Below the pieces are notes generated by a model that saw only the letters and a program-made list of their open reading frames with translations, did not search any database and was not told the origin of the DNA. The position numbers and the translations under genes are program-made. Source: a virus (lineage: Duplodnaviria > Caudoviricetes). From it: a stretch of DNA of 25,149 bases. Positions 8,700-14,855 of the stretch are shown piece after piece (the first letter of the stretch is position 1; every line of letters begins with the position of its first letter). The DNA lies in the IMG/VR virus record IMGVR_UViG_3300017757_000140, positions 1-25,149 of that record; one strand, written 5' to 3'.

Positions 8700-8736
8700 G
8701 TTGGTCTAGAAGGTCTGTATATGTTTGCATGAGTCC

Positions 8737-8762
8737 ATTATAAGACAACCTCTGTTTAAACT
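8737..8762 (-). promoter_or_regulatory. Putative early promoter: TATAAT -10 with GTTTAAAC in the spacer/-35 region
   Basis: Minus-strand TATAAT at 8742-8737; no consensus -35; palindrome at 8754-8761. Confidence 0.45.
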
Positions 8763-8813
8763 GTGTATTTCTTTTAATTATTTTTTCCCACTCTTCCAGC
8801 TTCTTTCTTATTC

Positions 8814-8839
8814 ACTGGATATTAAATACTGGATATTAA
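8814..8839 (+). repeat. 12-bp direct repeat
   Basis: ACTGGATATTAA at 8814-8825 and 8828-8839. Confidence 0.75.
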
Positions 8840-9051
8840 TTAATGGGCTACCCCCTCTTTGTTTAAAATTAATCTGGTACAAACCTAGTCAATACTTATT
8901 CATACCTAGGTAATTGTTTAAACAGTCTTAGTCATACTGAATTATTCTTATACTGGGTACACCAATAATATAGGCATATAACATTGGGGGGGTTCAATCT
9001 GCACCCCATAGTTACAGTTGATGTACCCCTTAGATATATGCTGTTAAGTAG

Positions 9052-9109
9052 GTACAAGATATAGTGGTACTACATATTGTGGTGTACCATTTGTTACTAG
9101 ATATAGTAT
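9052..9109. promoter_or_regulatory. Three NrdR-box-like sites
   Basis: GTACAAGATATAGTGG (9052-9067), GTACTACATATTGTGG (9067-9082), TTACTAGATATAGTAT (9094-9109). Confidence 0.6.
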
Positions 9110-9352
9110 TACTTTTTAAAAGTAAGTCTATTAAAACTATGAATGAGTACAGCTAACCCTGTGTCACTCCCTCCCAAAAACCAGAATGAACTATATAGTG
9201 AACATTTAAATGTGTGAAGTAATAGCCTATTACGCTAGTTACCATGGTCCTGCTAATCCACTTGATTGACTGTATATTGTCAAAGGTTCTTTTCTTAAAG
9301 CAGGAAGAACCTCTTGCTTGTTATCTGTATCTTATCATACCACAAGATTTAA

Positions 9353-9361
9353 TGGTAGTAT
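9353..9361 (+). promoter_or_regulatory. Extended -10 promoter
   Basis: TGgTAGTAT, 6 nt before the first base of the 9368 stem. Confidence 0.5.
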
Positions 9362-9367
9362 TACTTT

Positions 9368-9433
9368 AGGGGGTTGCGTATTACAAGTAGGAGTTTCCTC
9401 CTTTCGCCTACACCTTGTAACCCCCCTTTTTTT
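9368..9433 (+). ncRNA. Candidate sRNA 1 (about 65 nt) carrying an anti-Shine-Dalgarno sequence
   Basis: Closing stem GGGGGUUGC/GUAACCCCC with a G-U pair, inner stem GUAGG/CCUAC around UUUCCUCCUUUC, 3' U-tract, upstream extended -10. Confidence 0.55.
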
Positions 9434-9452
9434 ATCTATTAAATAATTAATG

Positions 9453-9461
9453 TGATATAAT
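9453..9461 (+). promoter_or_regulatory. Consensus extended -10 promoter
   Basis: TGaTATAAT. Confidence 0.7.
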
Positions 9462-9467
9462 GTTTAT

Positions 9468-9540
9468 GCTACATTCGTAGCTTCAGGAAACCCTCCTGAT
9501 TGTTTGTTCAGTATAGACCCTCTAGCAATAGAGGGTTTAT
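9468..9540 (+). ncRNA. Candidate sRNA 2 (about 72 nt, three hairpins)
   Basis: GCUAC/GUAGC, UCAGGA/UCCUGA and the 11-bp UAGACCCUCUA-GCAA-UAGAGGGUUUA; starts 6 nt after TATAAT. Confidence 0.55.
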
Positions 9541-9541
9541 C

Positions 9542-9550
9542 TGTTAGGAT
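9542..9550 (+). promoter_or_regulatory. Extended -10 promoter for a probable leaderless mRNA
   Basis: TGtTAGGAT followed by 6 nt and then ATG 9557. Confidence 0.5.
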
Positions 9551-9556
9551 ACAAAC

Positions 9557-9664
9557 ATGGATTTCATTTATGTTACTGATTGTGATGTATGCTTACATCC
9601 CTACTGGGAGGATGAGCTCATTGAAGGTATGTGTGTAGGTTGCAGAGAGTTTGAAGAAGAATGA
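9557..9664 (+). CDS. 35-aa CxxC-CxxC Zn-finger microprotein (not in the track)
   Basis: MDFIYVTDCDVCLHPYWEDELIEGMCVGCREFEEE. Confidence 0.7.
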   Translation: MDFIYVTDCDVCLHPYWEDELIEGMCVGCREFEEE

Positions 9665-9765
9665 GCAAATCAAAGGACCAATACACTTGTGAATCCTGCT
9701 ACAGGGTTACTTTACTTGATGGCAAAACTAATCTATGTTACGACTGCAACAGAGGGCATATATAA
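9661..9765 (+). CDS. 34-aa CxxC-CxxC Zn-finger microprotein (not in the track)
   Basis: MSKSKDQYTCESCYRVTLLDGKTNLCYDCNRGHI; ATGA overlap with the previous ORF. Confidence 0.7.
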   Translation: MSKSKDQYTCESCYRVTLLDGKTNLCYDCNRGHI

Positions 9766-9812
9766 AAAAATTTTTTTCACTACTAAGTCAGGGGGCGTAC
9801 TATAGTACTTAT

Positions 9813-9997
9813 ACCTGGAAAATCCAGGGGCAGCGTATGAGGATACGCTTCTATTTATAATAAGAAAGGAAAACTTTTCATCTAGGAAACAGTATGTGGT
9901 GTACAGTGTAATAGAGAAATGTTTTTGTGGATTGTTATATTTTTCATAACAGTTTGGACAACTGTACGAACAGAACGCCACCATGTGTGGCGTTTTG
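9813..9997 (+). ncRNA. Candidate structured RNA 3 (about 185 nt)
   Basis: TATAGT -10 at 9801-9806; hairpins at 9814-9828 and 9832-9849; long-range GUACAGU/ACUGUAC enclosing a G-U-rich stem; terminator-like hairpin at 9971-9997. Confidence 0.55.
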
Positions 9998-10006
9998 TGT
10001 TATTAT
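9998..10006 (+). promoter_or_regulatory. Extended -10 promoter for the virion operon
   Basis: TGtTATTAT upstream of SD AGGAG (10021) and ATG 10031. Confidence 0.5.
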
Positions 10007-10030
10007 AAAGATTATAAGTTAGGAGTTAAT

Positions 10031-10102
10031 ATGCCAAAAGGTATAGGCTACCCAAAAGGGATGAAGAAGAAATCCAAAAAAGGTAAAAAGAAAAAGAAGT
10101 AA
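10031..10102 (+). CDS. 23-aa lysine-rich microprotein (not in the track)
   Basis: MPKGIGYPKGMKKKSKKGKKKKK; SD AGGAG. Confidence 0.7.
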   Translation: MPKGIGYPKGMKKKSKKGKKKKK

Positions 10103-10104
10103 GT

Positions 10105-10362
10105 ATGGCTGAATATCAAGGTAAATCTGTCAAACTCAACAGTCCTTCTAGGATTGGTAAGGGTGAGCCAGGTCATGGTCGTAAAAAGTTTAAAGTCTTT
10201 GTACAGGATGGTGGCAAAGTTAAAAAGGTTATGTTTGGAGACCCCAACATGGAGATTCGTAAAGATAACCCAGAAGCTAGAAAATCATTTAGAGCAAGAC
10301 ATAAATGTGATACAGCAAAAGATAAAACAAGTCCAAGATATTGGTCTTGTAAAATGTGGTAA
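10105..10362 (+). CDS. Basic phage protein
   Basis: KVMFGDPNM...RKSFRARHKC...RYWSCKMW, a pattern I associate with small proteins encoded near terminase genes of aquatic phages. Confidence 0.8.
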   Translation: MAEYQGKSVKLNSPSRIGKGEPGHGRKKFKVFVQDGGKVKKVMFGDPNMEIRKDNPEARKSFRARHKCDTAKDKTSPRYWSCKMW

Positions 10363-10371
10363 GGATGAGTT

Positions 10372-10512
10372 ATGGCAGCTAAAAAAGGTTTATATTACAA
10401 CATGAACAAGCGTAAAAAAGCAGGAACAAGTAGGTCTAAAAAGAATTCTACAATTAGTCCAAAGGCTTACGCTAACATGAAAAAAGGCTTTCCTAAAAAG
10501 AAGAAAAAATAA
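10372..10512 (+). CDS. 46-aa lysine-rich microprotein (not in the track)
   Basis: MAAKKGLYYNMNKRKKAGTSRSKKNSTISPKAYANMKKGFPKKKKK; SD AAGGA. Confidence 0.75.
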   Translation: MAAKKGLYYNMNKRKKAGTSRSKKNSTISPKAYANMKKGFPKKKKK

Positions 10513-10611
10513 TTGACCATTACTATACCCTGTCCAAAATGTGGAGAGGTGTTACTACCCAAGGACAACATGAAGTGTAAAAATAAAGAATGTACTGGTT
10601 ATGTCAGATAG
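10513..10611 (+). CDS. 32-aa Zn-ribbon microprotein (TTG start, not in the track)
   Basis: MTITIPCPKCGEVLLPKDNMKCKNKECTGYVR; abuts the previous stop and overlaps the terminase start. Confidence 0.55.
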   Translation: MTITIPCPKCGEVLLPKDNMKCKNKECTGYVR

Positions 10612-12523
10612 AAAATTATGTTACGCTGCAGGATGTAAAAGAGTTCTTAGTGGTAAGCGTACAAAATATTGTAGCGATAGATGTGCTAACAGAATACAAA
10701 CACAAAAGAAAAGAGCTAAAGCTAAAGGTGTTGAATGGATTCAAACAGAAGACGAATTAGTTATACCTAGTAAACAAAATGTCCAAAGTCGTAGAGGTGT
10801 AGTTTATAATGACCTCAAAGAATCAGGTTTAGGTAAAGATATACTTAGAGAAAAAACAACTATAAAAGATGTAGCAAAGATACTTGAAACTTCTGTAGCA
10901 GCAGTATCTATGGCGTATCAAGCATACATAGAAGATTTAGAACAAGAAGAAGCAAGAAAGACCTGGGAGTTACCACAGGTAGCAGAGAAATCACTAGAAG
11001 ACTTTAGAAATTTTAGAGACAGATATTTTCAAACAGAAACAGGCGACCCATACGAAACACCAGACTTTCACATCAAATGGATTAATTCTATCTTAGAAGC
11101 AATAGAGCATGGTAATCAGCAAATGATATTATCACCACCACGACATGGTAAAACTGATTTGTTAATACATTTTGCAGTATGGTTAATATGCACAAAACCA
11201 AACATAAGAATATTATGGGTTGGTGGTAACGAAGAGATTTCAAAGAACGCAGTCAGTTCTGTACTTGACCAACTAGAGAGTAACGAATTATTAATAGAAG
11301 AGATATGTGGACCTGGACCTAAGTTTAAACCTACAAGTAGAACTGGTAAGTCTTGGTCACAGAATGGTTTTACTGTTGGTACTCGTACTGTTACTGGTAT
11401 TAAATCTCCTACTATGGTAGGTATTGGTAGAGGTGGTAAAATTTTATCAAGAGACTGTGACATAATTATTGCAGATGACATTGAGGACCACAGTTCTACT
11501 ATGCAACCTGCATCAAGAGATAACACAAGAAACTGGTGGACTACAACATTATCAAGTCGTAAAGAGGAACATACAGCTATGGTTGTAATAGGTTCAAGAC
11601 AACACTATGACGATTTGTATTCACATTTGTTAGACAACGAATCATGGTTAACTATTGTAGAAGAAGCACATGATACTGCTTGTACAAAATCTGATTGGGA
11701 TAATGACGCACATCAAGAGTGTATGTTGTGGGCTAAGAAGAGAACATACAAATGGCTTATGGATAGAAAGAAAGCTGCAGAGACTACAGGTGGTAGAGCA
11801 ATCTATGAGATGGTGTATCTTAATGTAGCTATGCCAGATGGTATGAGTTTATTTGACAGACCAGAGATAGAAGAATGTAGAGACCAAAACAGAGACATAG
11901 GACACATACCAAATAATGTCAGACTTATTGCAGGACTTGACCCTGCGTCAACAGGATACCAAGCTGCGTTTTTGTGGGGGTATGACCAACAGACAGATAA
12001 ACTATTTATGATAGATATGGAGAATAGTTTAGGTGGAGGTATTCCAGTAGCATTAGAAATAATAAAGAGTTGGTTTCAAAAATATAACTTAGCACACTGG
12101 GTTATTGAAGAAAATGGATTTCAAAGAGCGATACGACAAGATAAATCAATTAGAGAGTTCGCAGGTAAGCATGGTATCTTTTTAGAAGGTACGCAAACTT
12201 ATGGTAATAAGCATGACCCAGTATATGGTGTCACAGCTATGAGACCACTGTTTGAACAAAAGCTAATTAATTTACCTTATCGTAGCTTTGAAGCACAAGA
12301 AAAGGTAAACTTATATACAAGTCAGTTAGTATATTTTAGTTCTGCACAAAACAAGAGTAGAAGCGTTGGACAGAAATCTGATTTAGTTATGGCAAGTTGG
12401 TTTCCAATGAAAACAATAAGGCGTTTACAAAAGGAAAGACTTGCTACAATGGGTATGGAATATGAACCTAGCTTTAGTGGATACTCAGGGCTAGACATAG
12501 ATATAGATGTTTGGAGAACATGA
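10601..12523 (+). CDS. terL: Terminase large subunit with N-terminal Zn-finger and HTH extension
   Basis: Walker A SPPRHGKT, Walker B IIIADD, coupling motif IGSR, nuclease motifs GLDPA, IEENGFQ and SDLVMA. Confidence 0.92.
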   Translation: MSDRKLCYAAGCKRVLSGKRTKYCSDRCANRIQTQKKRAKAKGVEWIQTEDELVIPSKQNVQSRRGVVYNDLKESGLGKDILREKTTIKDVAKILETSVAAVSMAYQAYIEDLEQEEARKTWELPQVAEKSLEDFRNFRDRYFQTETGDPYETPDFHIKWINSILEAIEHGNQQMILSPPRHGKTDLLIHFAVWLICTKPNIRILWVGGNEEISKNAVSSVLDQLESNELLIEEICGPGPKFKPTSRTGKSWSQNGFTVGTRTVTGIKSPTMVGIGRGGKILSRDCDIIIADDIEDHSSTMQPASRDNTRNWWTTTLSSRKEEHTAMVVIGSRQHYDDLYSHLLDNESWLTIVEEAHDTACTKSDWDNDAHQECMLWAKKRTYKWLMDRKKAAETTGGRAIYEMVYLNVAMPDGMSLFDRPEIEECRDQNRDIGHIPNNVRLIAGLDPASTGYQAAFLWGYDQQTDKLFMIDMENSLGGGIPVALEIIKSWFQKYNLAHWVIEENGFQRAIRQDKSIREFAGKHGIFLEGTQTYGNKHDPVYGVTAMRPLFEQKLINLPYRSFEAQEKVNLYTSQLVYFSSAQNKSRSVGQKSDLVMASWFPMKTIRRLQKERLATMGMEYEPSFSGYSGLDIDIDVWRT

Positions 12524-14304
12524 AAACAGTTGACGAGCTTTATTCAAGAGTGTATGAACTTAGAGCTATGCACTCAGATTTTGTATCTGATAAAGCAAAC
12601 ATAAGAGCAATCATGAATGGTGGTGCAGATGGATTAAAAGCATTACTAGGTAAAGATATGCGTGATATGGACTACAAACAATTACCAGCACCTAACTTGT
12701 TGATGTCTGCATTAGAAAGATTCGCACAAAAATTAGGAAGAGCCCCAGATTTAAAAGTAGATATATACAATGATAAAGATTCAGAGAGAGCTACTAAGAG
12801 AGCAGAGAAACTAGAGAGAATCGTACATGCGTATGATGATATGCAAAAACTAGAAAAACAACTACCACAAATAGGTAGGTGGTTACCTGGTTATGGTTTT
12901 GCTGTATGGATACTAAAAGAAAAAAAAGATGCTAATGGAATACCATATCCAGTAGCAGAGATAAGAGACCCTTATCTATGTTATCCAGGATACTTTGGCG
13001 TAGACCAACAACCAACAGAGTTGGCTGTAGTACAAAGAGTACCTCATAAAACACTTGCAGAGATGTATCCAAAACACAAAAATGTAATACTTGATGAAGT
13101 AAGTACAGAATATAATACTATGGCGTATGCTTCTAGTTATGATGAAGGATGGGCTAACGCAGATGGTACAGGTAAAGTAGTTGCAGAATATTATGACAAC
13201 GAAGGTACTTATGTGTTCTTACCTGAAAATAGAATAATATTAGATTTCATTCCTAACCCTCTTAAATCAGGACCAAGATTTGTCATAGCAAAGCGTTACA
13301 GCTTTGACCAAATGCAAAGTCAGTTTCATCATGTAATTGGCTTGATGTCAAATATGGCAAAAATCAATGTTCTATCTGTTATTGCTATGGAAGATGCTGT
13401 GTTCACAGAAACCAACATCATTGGCGAGATAGAATCTGGACAATACAGAAAAGGTAGATTCGCTGTCAATTACTTGACACCTGGTTCGCAAGTTAGCAAA
13501 CCAACTAATAATTTGCCTTATCAGTTGTTTCAACAAATAGATAGACTTGAAAGACATTTAAGACTTGGTGCGTCTTATCCAGTATCTGATGATGGACAAA
13601 GTCCTAATGCTTTTGTTACTGGTAGAGGATTAGAAGAACTAGGACAATCAGCATCATTACATGTGAGAGAATATCAAACAGTATTAGTTGATGCACTAGA
13701 AGAAGTAGATGCTAAAAGATTAGAGTGGGATGAGATTATGTATAAAGGTCAAAGAAAACCTATTGCAGGATTTAGAAAAGGAACTGCATTTAAAGAATCT
13801 TATGACCCAGGAACAGATATTGCTGAAATGTACAAGACTAGAAGAGTCTATGGTGTTATGGCAGGATTTGATGAACCACAAAAAATAATAACAGGGCTGC
13901 AACTAAAACAACAAGGCGTAATAGATATGCAAACATTACAAGAAAACCTTGATGGTATAGATAATATATCCCAAGTGCAAAACAGAGTTAACTCTGAAAA
14001 AGCAGAGAATGTATTATTTGAATCATTAATGGCACAAGCTGCACAGGGAGATAGTAAAGCAACTATGGCAGCTATAGAGATAAGAAAAAACCCACAAAAT
14101 ATGTCAGAGATACTTGATAAGTTTTATACACCAGAAGAACCAGAAATGACACCACAAGAAGCTGCTTTAGGTGGTGCAGGTGGACCACAGGTTCCACAAG
14201 GTGAACCAGATATTGCTTCTGTTTTAGCACAACTAGGTGGAGGATTACCACCTGAACAATTAGCAGCAGGACCAGGACTCCCACCAGGAGGACCTCTTGG
14301 CTAA
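12520..14304 (+). CDS. Portal protein (podovirus-like)
   Basis: Follows terL with an ATGA overlap (TTG 12511 is an alternative start); about 595 aa, helical, IRDPYLCYP motif, Pro/Gly/Gln-rich tail. Confidence 0.75.
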   Translation: MKTVDELYSRVYELRAMHSDFVSDKANIRAIMNGGADGLKALLGKDMRDMDYKQLPAPNLLMSALERFAQKLGRAPDLKVDIYNDKDSERATKRAEKLERIVHAYDDMQKLEKQLPQIGRWLPGYGFAVWILKEKKDANGIPYPVAEIRDPYLCYPGYFGVDQQPTELAVVQRVPHKTLAEMYPKHKNVILDEVSTEYNTMAYASSYDEGWANADGTGKVVAEYYDNEGTYVFLPENRIILDFIPNPLKSGPRFVIAKRYSFDQMQSQFHHVIGLMSNMAKINVLSVIAMEDAVFTETNIIGEIESGQYRKGRFAVNYLTPGSQVSKPTNNLPYQLFQQIDRLERHLRLGASYPVSDDGQSPNAFVTGRGLEELGQSASLHVREYQTVLVDALEEVDAKRLEWDEIMYKGQRKPIAGFRKGTAFKESYDPGTDIAEMYKTRRVYGVMAGFDEPQKIITGLQLKQQGVIDMQTLQENLDGIDNISQVQNRVNSEKAENVLFESLMAQAAQGDSKATMAAIEIRKNPQNMSEILDKFYTPEEPEMTPQEAALGGAGGPQVPQGEPDIASVLAQLGGGLPPEQLAAGPGLPPGGPLG

Positions 14305-14533
14305 GAACCCAGCAGATGTCAATGCAAGATTTTTTAATATTATAAACAACGAAGATTGGGATATTCCAGAAATAGAATCTGACTCAACAATGGTTAGAGA
14401 TTTATTTGTACAAGGGGATGTTCCTTTAGGTGCATTTATTTTACCTACACCATTACCTGGTGTATGGTTTAGTATAAGTATGGGGTTTGAAATAGAAGAA
14501 CCAGATGAGGATGATAACAATGCCAGGTGGTAG
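14297..14533 (+). CDS. Small acidic hypothetical protein
   Basis: ORF track; TTG start with SD AGGAGG. Confidence 0.7.
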   Translation: MAKNPADVNARFFNIINNEDWDIPEIESDSTMVRDLFVQGDVPLGAFILPTPLPGVWFSISMGFEIEEPDEDDNNARW

Positions 14534-14855
14534 AAAACCTAAAATAGATGGAGCATATCAAGATGTAGTTTTAAAACCTATACCAGGTTCTGATGAATTT
14601 GGTGGGTACAAACAACAAGAAGAACAGATAGCTGCAGTAGGTCAACCTCCTACAACAGGAGCGTTGCCACAAGGTGGAACACCTATGCAATATACACCAG
14701 AAGATATATTTGCTAAAGGTACTGAAAGGCAAGATGAATCAGGAACATTTGATAGTAACCCACAACAAACAGTTAGTTTGCCAGTAGGTTCAGATACTCA
14801 AATACTTATAGAGTTAATTAAGGAAAAAGCACCAGTAACTACTCAAAGGTTCTAA
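14520..14855 (+). CDS. Hypothetical virion-module protein
   Basis: Start placed at MPGGRKPK (14520); TAATG-coupled to the giant gene. Confidence 0.7.
   Translation: MPGGRKPKIDGAYQDVVLKPIPGSDEFGGYKQQEEQIAAVGQPPTTGALPQGGTPMQYTPEDIFAKGTERQDESGTFDSNPQQTVSLPVGSDTQILIELIKEKAPVTTQRF

Larger units (their letters stand above)
1341..8924. repeat. Dispersed palindromic repeat (T)GTTTAAAC(A), 19 copies
   Basis: 8-mer starts at 1344, 2226, 2376, 3732, 4252, 4611, 4878, 5490, 5669, 5992, 6428, 6748, 7209, 7236, 7434, 7750, 8227, 8754, 8916. Confidence 0.9.

Noticed and set aside
744-8913. Opposite-strand track ORFs (e.g. 744-992, 1168-1431, 3053-3394, 3566-3910, 5267-5554, 8522-8743, 8725-8913)
   Set aside because: Antisense shadows of well-supported genes or of the non-coding region; no SD and atypical composition
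1341-8924. TGTTTAAACA copies as a CRISPR or mini-array
   Set aside because: Repeats are only 8-16 bp, irregularly spaced (27 to over 1300 bp) and mostly inside CDSs; no cas genes
8750-9350. DnaA-box cluster as origin
   Set aside because: Only isolated, mismatched TTATCCACA-like sites; no cluster
9733-9984. 83-aa minus-strand ORF
   Set aside because: No SD, overlaps the + strand Zn-finger gene and the structured RNA whose G-U pairs favour the + strand
9360-10000. tRNA genes or phi29-type pRNA
   Set aside because: No cloverleaf with T-loop and CCA end; the packaging motor is a TerL, not a phi29 ATPase, so similar length alone is not evidence
10154-10405. Alternative-frame + ORF
   Set aside because: Nested over the better-supported 10105-10362 and 10372-10512 genes
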